A DNA stretch of 63,768 nt, filler included, from Folioceros fuciformis (lineage: Eukaryota): assembly GCA_049999805.1 (NCBI GenBank). It is 25 parts of 25 records of this genome, joined end to end, with 100 filler letters (N's around TTAATTAATTAA, not from the genome) between each part and the next. Parts side by side here need not be neighbours in the genome. Positions count along the whole stretch, not along the records: positions 1 to 12,816 come from JBNGIO010000025.1; 24 more parts are not named here. One strand, 5' to 3'. Of this stretch, positions 1 to 8,800 are shown one piece after another. The notes under the pieces were generated by a model. The model was not told the origin of the DNA. It did no database searches and was given only the letters and a program-made list of their open reading frames with translations. The translations under genes and the position numbers were made by a program. Every line of letters begins with the position of its first letter. Position 1 is the first letter of the stretch.

Positions 1-470
1 GTCCTCCTGTGATCAATGAGACTCCTGTCGAGCAAGGTCTGGAATTCACCTCGAAACTCGTTACCCTGGTCTGTGAGCACTTCCGCGCAGCTCCCAAATC
101 GGCTGAGCACACACTGCAGAAACGCTCTGCTAGTGTAGTGTGAAGTTCTCTGTGGCAAGAACGCTACTTCAACCCACTTAGAGAAATGCTCAATCATGAC
201 CATGCAATGTCGGTTACCTTGCTTTGTGAGGGGAAGCTCTGGCATAAGGTCAACCGACCATCTAAAGAATAGCCCCCTGATTGGTAGGGAGTGCAACACC
301 ACATCCTGGGTGTTAAATCGGGCTTTGACTGCATCACATGTAGCACACTTAGCAACCACCTTCTCGACATCTGCATACATCCCTGACCAGAAATACGTGC
401 TTTTCAGCATGTGGTGTGTCCTCTTCACACCAAAGTGGCCAAGGGTTTCGTGCACCTTGGTCACTATGCC
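1..470 (-). other. Integrase domain (HHCC zinc finger plus first two Asp of DDE core)
   Basis: VHETLGHFGVKRT...YFWSGMYADV..CATCD...RWSVDL...IEHFSKWVE...VLTDQGNEF. Confidence 0.92.
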
Positions 471-3400
471 CACTCTTTCCTCATGACTTGGTACTTTCCT
501 CACGAGTTCTCCTTCTAACAGTAGCAGCTCACCATTTTTCCATGAGTATTTGGCCACGCGCCTTCTGAGTTTAGCCAAGCCTGCTTCAGTCATTCCAGGC
601 ACTGTGCCTTCCTTCAGCAACTGTAGGGCTTGAGGATGTCTCCAAACATCCCTGACGGACTCTGTCAACACATGTCCTTCTTCATGCTCACCTGTCCTGG
701 CCATGAGTGCCATGAAGCTGCTGGGTGCACCATCTACGTGCCCCTCGTCCTGTCGAGCTCCTGTGACATCCTTGTCACTGTCCAGCGGATTTCTGCTTAG
801 CCCATCTGCATTGTGATGTACCTTGCCTGCCCTGTGCACGATCTCCATATCGTACTCAGATAGTAGCAGTGCCCATCTGGCTAGCTTACCACTTAACTTC
901 ATGTTGGTCATCAGCCAATGAAGTGGCTGGTGATCTGTGACCAGTTGAAAACGCCTTCCATACAGATAGACCCTGAAATGCAGAACTGCCCATACCGCAG
1001 CAAGACACTCTCCCTCATATGAGGAGTAGTTCACTTCAGCGGAGTTGTTAGATCGGCTTGCATAAGCTATCACTCGCTCAACACCATCTGCAATGTGCCA
1101 TACATGAACCTCTTTCGTCACACTCTTGGTGGACAGTTCAGTATCCACAGCGGCCATGCTGAATCTCTCGCGCAGCAGCTCGTCTTCCTCTGCCTTAGGA
1201 ACCTCTTTATCCTGCAGTAGTTGGAGGAAAGGCCTTCGCTTCCCTTCGGCTTTTGCAAGTTGGAACGCCAAGCCTGTGCTTACCAGCCACCTTAGACTGT
1301 ACAAGTCAAATGCCTGTCCGAGCATCCTGCACCTTGCAGATTCTGTGATGCCCATGGTCTGAGTGTCCTTCTTGGCAAAGCCCATCGCTTGCTCGCGTTC
1401 CTCAACATTGAGCTCTCCAAGCTCATTCCCTTTCAAATCCAGAATCACACCATCTCCTCCTGGTCTGAAGGCATAAGATTGCGGTGTGCTCACCAGAGTT
1501 GGCCATGCCCTTCTGGATTCCCCTACTCGATTCACAGGGTAAAATGGCAACTTGTCCATCCTCTTCACCTGTTGTGAGCACCTTCCCAACTCTAGGATAT
1601 CATCCACAACCTTCCGCTTTGGAGTTGTCAAATTCCTGTGCTGTCTGAGCACCTCCAGTCCAGCCACATTTGTCCAGTAACTGCGAAGCCTGTGTGCATA
1701 TGAGCCACACTGCACCGCGTCCATGATCAGCTCATTGCCGAACCACGCCCGAATCTCTTCATACAGGGCCCTAACAGCTGGACGTTTGTCCATGGCTGCA
1801 CACACATTCTCCAGAATGTACCAACATCGTGGATTCGCAATCTGGACTTCTCGCGTGATTCGTGCGAGCTCAGCAGCCAACGAAACGCCTTCACCGTTGC
1901 CTCTGCCTGCTGTCGAAAATGTCTTGCATTCCCATCCCGCGATCAGCATATCCACTGGGCTTGACAAGGCTTGTAGCTGCCGCTTCCCAACCAGGTTCAC
2001 GTCTGTGGGCAGCCTGCTCTGACAGCCTCGAACTGCTTCCTCGCTCAGTAGTGTTGGATACTGTTTGCAGAACCTGAGGATTCGACCCCTAGCGACAGCT
2101 CGAATCTTCTCATCCTTCTCCACGCAGGTATATTGCCGTATCTTGACGCCACACTGCAACACCGCTTCCAGGCCACTGCTGATTCCCGAGCAGAGCTCCA
2201 ACAAATGGATGCCTTGAGCGCCCACCTTCCATCGTACTAGAGCATCGTCGATGCGTCGATCTCCCGACTTGGCAGGCCCCATACCTGGGATCGACCTCTC
2301 AGGACATGTGTCTGTGAGATTCCACGGTCGATCCTCCTTCCTTCGCTGGTTCTCTCGAACCCTCGCTTGATCCAAATATTCTGAGCGCACCACCTTAAGC
2401 ACACCCTTCTGCTCTCTTGGCTTTGGCATCTCCAGAGAGGATAACTCCTGCGTTTCCTCCCACATCTCATGTCGATGTTCACTCTGAGCACTGCGGGCAA
2501 TCATGGTGCTACCTGTCATCCTCGTCCTGCTCTTGCCACCACTCCTATTCATCCTTAGAGGAATTCGTGCAACATGCGTGAAATCTCCTCTCCACCAAAA
2601 TGGTCTGTAGAAAGCTTCAGCGTGCAAGGGATCAACCCCCATGGCAGGACGGTGAGTTCCGTCCGACCCCAGCAAGACATCATATGTCTTCGCACTGGTG
2701 ACCAAACATCTCACTTCAACGATGCTGGCATCCTTCGTGCCAGGCTTCAATTCAATCTTCACGGGCCTCCTCGTCATTCCCAGTACCTGTTCCTTGGTAC
2801 CTGCAGAGGTGGTGATGTTCACGTCGCTCGGAACGAGCTTGTGTCCGTACAGCTTTAGTGCCTCCTGCACCCGTGCTCCCAGCAGTACCGGATCCGCTCC
2901 TGTGTCTACAAGTACGTTTACTGGAGCATAGCCATCAAAGGTCACGTGCCGTCCCGTGTTATCAATCATGGCAACACCTCCTCCACCTCGCGCCTCTGGC
3001 ATCAGATGCTCGCCACACAAACTGGCCATACTAGGGAGAGATCCTGCGGATTCAAGCTCCTTTCTCAGCCATTCTCGCATGATGTTTTTGAAGTTGTTGC
3101 CTTTCACTCCCAGATCCACAAGACTTACTGCAGGCACCTCCATGGCCTTGTCCAGCAACGCCTCAACGTCTCGACCTGATCTTGACACCTTCTGTGTCGT
3201 GGAGTTTCCCTCGACCTGCCGGAAACTCTCCGGCATCTTGGTCGATTCCCGTTCCGGCACTCCCTTCGCAGTGACGCCTTCACCAAAGTTAGCAACAGCC
3301 TTTTTCTTTTTCTTGCGCACCGCCATCATGCCAAATGCCTCATCATCATTAGAGTCAGAGAACAAAATCCTCTGCTCTATTCTGCTGGCCATGTTGGCCA

Positions 3401-4325
3401 TCTCCTTCTTGAGCTCCTCCACTTGCCCAAGGAGAGCCTTACGACTCGGGCCCTTGCCCTTCTCGTTCTCAGCTGATGCAAGCTTGGGCTTCAGCTCTGG
3501 ATGAGCTTCCCAACACGCTGCCTCCATGTGACCCCATCTGCCACAAGACTTACAGGCTTCCTTGCCCTTCGGACCACCTGGCTTGTAGTCGCATTCGAAC
3601 GCCTTGTGCGCTCCACAGCATCTGCCACACTTCACAGCTGCTTGACCTGCATTGTTAGCTGGCCTCTCCTTCGGCGCATGTGGCTGCTTGCCATGTCCTG
3701 AGGACTGTGCTTGCTCCCGGTACTGGTACCTTGGAACAAACCTGGAATTCCCGTGTCCTCCAGACCCGTGCTGCGAGGAGCCCTTCACGACTCCGTGATT
3801 TTCCAAGTAAGCCTGGCTTACTGCATCTCCTTTGAGCACCTTCTCAGCAATTTGGTAGGCGTCTATCAACTGATATCTTTCTCCCATCGCTCCATGCAGC
3901 GAGTCCATTACCTTCCTTCTTTGTCTGGCAGGCAATGCTGCTATGAAGATCTTGGCAGCCTCCCTCATCGTCTTCACTTCCGTGTCTTCCACCAGAACCT
4001 TCAGTCTGAGGTAAGATGCACGCAATGTCTCGTTAGGCCTGAAAGAAAACCTCGACAGTTCCTGGATCTTTTCCAGTGAAGCTGTAGGAAACATGGTGGT
4101 TAACTTGGCGAACATCAAGTCCACCAGATGCTCGAGCTTGTCCTCGTCAGTAGGGGGTGCAGTCGAACCAGCCCTCTTGGCCGCCTCGTGCACTGCTTCT
4201 CTTCTCTCGGCCACCTTCAGGATCCCAGCCTTCTCATCTCTGTAATACATTAGAGCCTCACCCGCAAGGTAGGATGACATCTTCATGAACGCCATCCTCT
4301 GAGTGAACTCGTCCTTGTATTTCAT
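3..4325 (-). CDS. Gag-PR-DNMT-(partial RH)-IN polyprotein, over 1440 aa, open at the window edge
   Basis: Manual translation found no stop from ~4427 to base 3. Motifs: CGRCCGAHKAFEC and CKSCGRWGHMEAAC knuckles, VLVDTGA protease, DNMT motifs, VIAYASRS/YEGECLA/TDHQPL/NADGLSR RNase H, HETLGH..CATC zinc finger, WSVDL and LTDQG integrase core. Confidence 0.9.
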   Translation of the reverse strand, partial: MKYKDEFTQRMAFMKMSSYLAGEALMYYRDEKAGILKVAERREAVHEAAKRAGSTAPPTDEDKLEHLVDLMFAKLTTMFPTASLEKIQELSRFSFRPNETLRASYLRLKVLVEDTEVKTMREAAKIFIAALPARQRRKVMDSLHGAMGERYQLIDAYQIAEKVLKGDAVSQAYLENHGVVKGSSQHGSGGHGNSRFVPRYQYREQAQSSGHGKQPHAPKERPANNAGQAAVKCGRCCGAHKAFECDYKPGGPKGKEACKSCGRWGHMEAACWEAHPELKPKLASAENEKGKGPSRKALLGQVEELKKEMANMASRIEQRILFSDSNDDEAFGMMAVRKKKKKAVANFGEGVTAKGVPERESTKMPESFRQVEGNSTTQKVSRSGRDVEALLDKAMEVPAVSLVDLGVKGNNFKNIMREWLRKELESAGSLPSMASLCGEHLMPEARGGGGVAMIDNTGRHVTFDGYAPVNVLVDTGADPVLLGARVQEALKLYGHKLVPSDVNITTSAGTKEQVLGMTRRPVKIELKPGTKDASIVEVRCLVTSAKTYDVLLGSDGTHRPAMGVDPLHAEAFYRPFWWRGDFTHVARIPLRMNRSGGKSRTRMTGSTMIARSAQSEHRHEMWEETQELSSLEMPKPREQKGVLKVVRSEYLDQARVRENQRRKEDRPWNLTDTCPERSIPGMGPAKSGDRRIDDALVRWKVGAQGIHLLELCSGISSGLEAVLQCGVKIRQYTCVEKDEKIRAVARGRILRFCKQYPTLLSEEAVRGCQSRLPTDVNLVGKRQLQALSSPVDMLIAGWECKTFSTAGRGNGEGVSLAAELARITREVQIANPRCWYILENVCAAMDKRPAVRALYEEIRAWFGNELIMDAVQCGSYAHRLRSYWTNVAGLEVLRQHRNLTTPKRKVVDDILELGRCSQQVKRMDKLPFYPVNRVGESRRAWPTLVSTPQSYAFRPGGDGVILDLKGNELGELNVEEREQAMGFAKKDTQTMGITESARCRMLGQAFDLYSLRWLVSTGLAFQLAKAEGKRRPFLQLLQDKEVPKAEEDELLRERFSMAAVDTELSTKSVTKEVHVWHIADGVERVIAYASRSNNSAEVNYSSYEGECLAAVWAVLHFRVYLYGRRFQLVTDHQPLHWLMTNMKLSGKLARWALLLSEYDMEIVHRAGKVHHNADGLSRNPLDSDKDVTGARQDEGHVDGAPSSFMALMARTGEHEEGHVLTESVRDVWRHPQALQLLKEGTVPGMTEAGLAKLRRRVAKYSWKNGELLLLEGELVRKVPSHEERVGIVTKVHETLGHFGVKRTHHMLKSTYFWSGMYADVEKVVAKCATCDAVKARFNTQDVVLHSLPIRGLFFRWSVDLMPELPLTKQGNRHCMVMIEHFSKWVEVAFLPQRTSHYTSRAFLQCVLSRFGSCAEVLTDQGNEFRGEFQTLLDRSLIDHRR
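790..1087 (-). other. C-terminal half of Ty3-type RNase H
   Basis: DGVERVIAYASRSNNSAEVNYSSYEGECLAAVWAVLHFRVYLYGRRFQLVTDHQPL...NADGLSR. The N-terminal DAS motif is absent. Confidence 0.9.
1280..2213 (-). other. C5-cytosine DNA methyltransferase domain within the polyprotein
   Basis: Motifs in canonical order: I GIHLLELCSGISSGLEAVL (~2165-2213); II YTCVEKD; IV VDMLIAGWECKTFS (Cys codon 1926-1928); VI YILENV (~1803-1820); VIII DAVQCGSYAHRLRSYWTN (~1669-1722); IX EEREQAMGF (~1377-1403); X LGQAFD (~1305-1322). Confidence 0.9.
2660..2920 (-). other. Retropepsin aspartic protease domain
   Basis: NVLVDTGADPVLLG (DTG at 2898-2906) and C-terminal YDVLLGSD. Confidence 0.85.
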
Positions 4326-4609
4326 CTTGTTTTTTCCGCCATTGCCCAACGAAACTTCTCCTCGAAATCTGCAAGAGACATGCTTCCATGTTTTCCTGTG
4401 AAGACATCGTTCTTACTTGGTGTGAACTCAAGCTCCATTCTTGCAGACTCTCCGCTCCAATCGCCAAACTGTCTCCTTGTGACTGGCGCGTTGTCTCTGT
4501 ATTGTTCCGGTGTCCTCTTGAATGGCGAGTAGTAGTCGTCGTGCACTTCTCCGACTGAAGACGGCACAGGTGTCCTTTCGTCAGTCCACCCTGATCTCAG
4601 GAACACCAT
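4322..4609 (-). CDS. Probable Gag N-terminus, separated from the main frame by a 1-nt shift in an A6 run (~4330-4335)
   Basis: MVFLRSGW...FTGKHGSMSLADFEEKFRWAMAEK resembles a gag start. A -1 shift continues into NKMKYKDEF of the long frame. Confidence 0.6.
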   Translation of the reverse strand: MVFLRSGWTDERTPVPSSVGEVHDDYYSPFKRTPEQYRDNAPVTRRQFGDWSGESARMELEFTPSKNDVFTGKHGSMSLADFEEKFRWAMAEKTR

Positions 4610-4833
4610 CAATGGTTACTTCTCCTATGCCTGACCACTGCACGGATGTTGTCAAAGGGCAAATTGTTTCCACCGTTAGCCCAATCAGCTAGCCAGAAAA
4701 GTACATCCACTGCCTCTATCCACAAACGACTCCAGACGTATGCAGGCTCTTCTCCAGACAGCTCTGCTAACTCAGCAATCGTGAGACTACCACACCTAAG
4801 CCGTGTATAATCAATGGCAGAATTCCTGTCCAT
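4609..4833 (-). CDS. Small upstream ORF (74 aa) in the 5' leader, stop overlapping the gag ATG (TGATG)
   Basis: ATG at 4833. The stop and the following in-leader ATG overlap in a TGATG string at ~4607-4611. No homology recognised. Confidence 0.3.
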   Translation of the reverse strand: MDRNSAIDYTRLRCGSLTIAELAELSGEEPAYVWSRLWIEAVDVLFWLADWANGGNNLPFDNIRAVVRHRRSNH

Positions 4834-4993
4834 CAGAAAAACATCAGCCTATCTCTTAGTGCTGCCTCTGCAACACCCAACCTTCTCGGATCGCAGCTGT
4901 CTCCTGGGTTGGATGGTGGACGATTTCCGCCTCTTCATCCAATCTCCAGCGCGCCACAGTCTCCTCCAGTACCGTATCTTAGTCCCCAACAAG

Positions 4994-5004
4994 CGGATTG
5001 TTGA
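4994..5004 (-). promoter_or_regulatory. Non-tRNA primer-binding site (TCAACAATCCG), candidate self-priming PBS
   Basis: Directly follows the LTR end ...CACCACA. 4994-5007 and 5122-5135 form a perfect 14-bp inverted repeat. Confidence 0.75.
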
Positions 5005-5158
5005 TGTGGTGAAATCAAGCTGGAAAATTCTCCCAACCTGGCATTGCAACGAACCACAAGAACCTCTAGGAGACAAAGACACAGCAGGGACGAAGTATGG
5101 CTGTCTATTGGAACAAGACAAACATCAACAATCCGAGAATCCATGGCTGGGTGCCTAC

Positions 5159-5165
5159 ATATATA
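5159..5165 (-). promoter_or_regulatory. TATA box (TATATAT) of the LTR promoter; predicted TSS ~5135
   Basis: Minus strand CCTATATATGT, 30 nt upstream of the PBS-complementary sequence. Confidence 0.6.
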
Positions 5166-5636
5166 GGCAAAAACCCCCAGGAGTTCTTGATGAAGTGTCC
5201 ACCCGTATCGATGGTGGGCACTTTATAATCCTACTTTCCTTGATTTATGATTTTTATGTATTTTTTAATATCTTCTAATATAAATCTGCTATCTATATAT
5301 GTGACATAGCACCGCACCTTTCATGCACAACCATGCATATAGGTTATATGCGCCATGACACATCACCTGCCACATGTCCACATACATCACATGTCATCCT
5401 TCATCTCCATATACATGCATACATGGCACACATGCATACATAGCATACATGCATATATGGCATACATATCATGTACAGGCCATCCATGGGCCATGTACAT
5501 AACATCATAAGCATCAGGGCTTATGCCCGAGATGCTCCAGTCAGATGCTCCAGTCAGTATCTAGTCATCAGGGCTTATGCATCAGGGCTTATGCCCAGGA
5601 TGCTCTGTTTCCCATACAGCAACAGCATGACAGCCA

Positions 5637-5808
5637 CCTTCTGCAACTCCACCAACCTCCCCAGCAGGGTATCAACTTCCCGAGAGCTTCCCAGCCCTCG
5701 CCTCCTGCTCCCTACATGGTTCCTTCTGCAACTCCACCAACCTCCCCAGCAGGGTATCAACTTCCCGAGAGCTTCCCAGCCCTCGCCTCCTGCTCCCTAC
5801 ATGGTTCC
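5637..5808. repeat. Tandem duplication, 85-bp unit x2, within the LTR
   Basis: CCTTCTGCAACTCCACC...CTACATGGTT starts at 5637 and 5722 with apparently identical units. Confidence 0.9.
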
Positions 5809-8800
5809 GGCTAGCAGATCTAGAACATCTTCGGTGCCCGAGACAAGCTAACTTCCTTCCACAGGCCCCCCTTCGCCAAGTTGGAGAACTATTTGCACAC
5901 TTTCACTAATAAAGCTTGGTGAGACAGGACTCCAATTCTGGCTCGGACGCGAGGATGTGAAGAAGAGGGCCGACGAGCCTCTAGCTTGCTGTCCAGGTCC
6001 AATTCGATTGATCTCGCCCGATGCACGACTGCCTGCTCCTTTGGATCCGGTCAGCCCCCATCTTGATTCGTCTCAGAGTCACCTGCCAGCCGGCCGGACC
6101 GGGTCCTGCTAATCCGTTCTGCCTTCCTGCTTGAACTCGCAGTCTGCCTAGGCGATCCGGCCAGGCACCTGCCTGCCTGGATCCGCCTGCAACACGCCTG
6201 TTGGCGACCTCCTGCCGGCCGAGATTCGTCAGCCTATCCATGTCGCAAGGTAGCCCCTTGCTCCTTGCTTGATCGACCTAGCCACGATCCAGCCCGTTGC
6301 CAGGTTGCACATCCCCTGCAGCGGCCCCTGCTAGTCGATCAGCCAGGCCGCCTGCCTAGCTCCAACCGTGCTAGCCGCTTATCCAGCCACCAACAGCCTG
6401 GCTACTGCAGCCATGACTCAGCTAGCTCGTCGATTGGCTACGGTTTAGTCAGCCAACTTGGCTGCTTGATCCGCAGACCCGCCTGCCTACTTATCCAGAC
6501 CCGCCTGAGCAAACAGCCAGGCCGCCAGTCATCAGCTGGCTGCTTGCCTGCAGTCACCTGGTGATATCCGTCTGTCCTGATCTTGCCAGACCTCCTGGAG
6601 CCTGCCAGCCAGGCGCCCTCCAGCTCTGACTAGCGCCTGCCAGGAGCCTACCACCGACCCGCCTGGCTGCTACCTGCCCATTCAGCCCGTTGGATCCCGC
6701 CGGGCCTTAGCCCAAATCCAGCCCCCAGCCTACTGCACCTATGGGTCCGGTTAGCCTGCCACCAACGCGACCGGCCTAGCAATTCGGCTAGGCCGCTGTC
6801 GGGATCCACCTGCTGTCCGGCCGGCTGAATCCCACCTTGCCCCGCAGTCGGCCGGATCCACTCGGGACCACAACCCAAACCCAGCCTACCCCTGTGCCAA
6901 CACGGCCTGCTTCAATCCTGCCCTGGCCTGCCATGCCCTGGATCGCCCTGCCAGCCAGGATCCGGCTGCTGTTGGGCCGCTTGCCAACTTCCGGATCCAG
7001 CCCCGGTCCTGACCAGCTTGAATCCGCCCTGGCTGCCTGCTGACCGCCTGCAAGTCGGGCGACTGCCTGGCTAAGGCAGCCAGCCAGGCAGCTGCCTGGC
7101 TTCGGGATCCGATCCCAACTAGCCTGCCAGCCAGCAGGTCTCCCCTAGCCAGACGGCACGCCGGCCTGCTCCTGCCGAGCTGGACTGTCTAGCGATCCCG
7201 CCCGCATCTGCCTGGACCACCTGCCAGGCCGCCTGTTGGACGGCCTGCTCCTCAGCAACCGCCTGGCTGCCGCTTGGATCCGACCCAGCCAGCCACGTCG
7301 ATCTAGCCTCAGACTCGCCCACCAGCCAACCGTTTGCCCAGCCGCCCGGCAGCTGCGTAACTGCCTAGCTGGATCCGTCTGCCTGCCAGGCCACACGCCA
7401 GCCGCCTGCCATGATCTTGTCCTGCTATGCACTTGGCCGCTATCCATCCAGCCTTCTGTCCCTTGGCTGGATCCAATCGCCCATGCCTTGCTGATTCACC
7501 TAGTCGCCAGCCGTCAGGGGGCAGCCTGGCTGCCTGCCCGCCTGCTGGCTGCCTGCTGCTAGGCCGGGCTGCCTACCTGCAGCCGGGCCACTGATGGCCC
7601 AGCCCCAGGCGGGATCCACGCCGTTGCTGGCTCTAGCCATGACTAGCCGGCCAGCCCGACTGATCGCACAGCCGAGCCGCTGCTGGCCCAGCCTTCCTCT
7701 AGACCCCTACTAGGCCCCTTCTAACCGGCCGCCAATCGACTATCCAACCAGGCCGACTGGTGCTGACTGGCCAGCTGGCCTAGATCCACCGCCTAGATCC
7801 GGCCTAGCCTGATCCGACCCCGGCTACATGCCTCCACCCTTCTAGACCATCTGACCAGACCGGCTAGCCTAGCAGCCGGGCCACTACTAGCCCAGCCACC
7901 TGCCATGCCTGTCTACACTCCTCCCCTCGGCCAGGCGCTGCTGGCTGCCTTTCTAGCCCTCCGCCATTCGACCAGCCCGGCCACCCACCTGCCTGCAGCC
8001 ACGACCAATCCGGCCGCCCAGCCAGGCCCCAGGATCTGCTGGCCAAGCAGCCAGGCCGACTCCCGCTGCTCTTGCCTGCCTGCAGCCCGCCCGCTGGGCT
8101 GGCCACTGCCGGGCCGGTCTGGGTGCCTGCATGCTAACGGGTTGGGCCGCCTGCCCCTTGTGCCTGTGGCTGACCTATTCTGATCCATCTCGGCGGCCCG
8201 TGCAGCCCGATCAGATCGCCCGGGGACTGCTTGGACCTAGCAGCCATCGACAAGTCGGGTCGCCTCCCTGGATCCCCCCGGCCAGTCGGTCTGCTGGATC
8301 CAACCCGTAGCCCGCCATCAACCCACTTCGACACAGCCTGATCCGTCTGCCATGCACCCTGCCGGCTTTCTGCTATGCAGGGCTATCGAGCTGCCCGCCC
8401 GTAGCCCAATTTGCTAACGGTTCGTTGCTGGCTGATCGGCCCAGAACTTGAATGAACCTCCTGCTGGCTTCCAGACCCAGCTGTCGCCGAGCCGTCGGTC
8501 GTGCACCTGATCCGGCTCCCCACCGCTGCAGCCAGCTTGGTGCAGTGGCACTTGAAGCCCCCTCCTCGTTTGACCGACTTGTTCCCCTGGTCTGGCTGGA
8601 CAGCCATCATCCGCGATTGCCCAGCCCCAATTGCCTGTCCCCAATTGCCCAGCCCTCGGTTGATCGGAACTGGATCCAGCCAACCTGCTTGCGCACTCGC
8701 CTGGATCCGGTGCTGGCCGCCTGCCAGCCAGCTGCGACTAGCAGTCTGCCATTTCCCTTCCGGGTCTGGCCAGGCAACCAGACCACGGCCCGCTCGCTGC

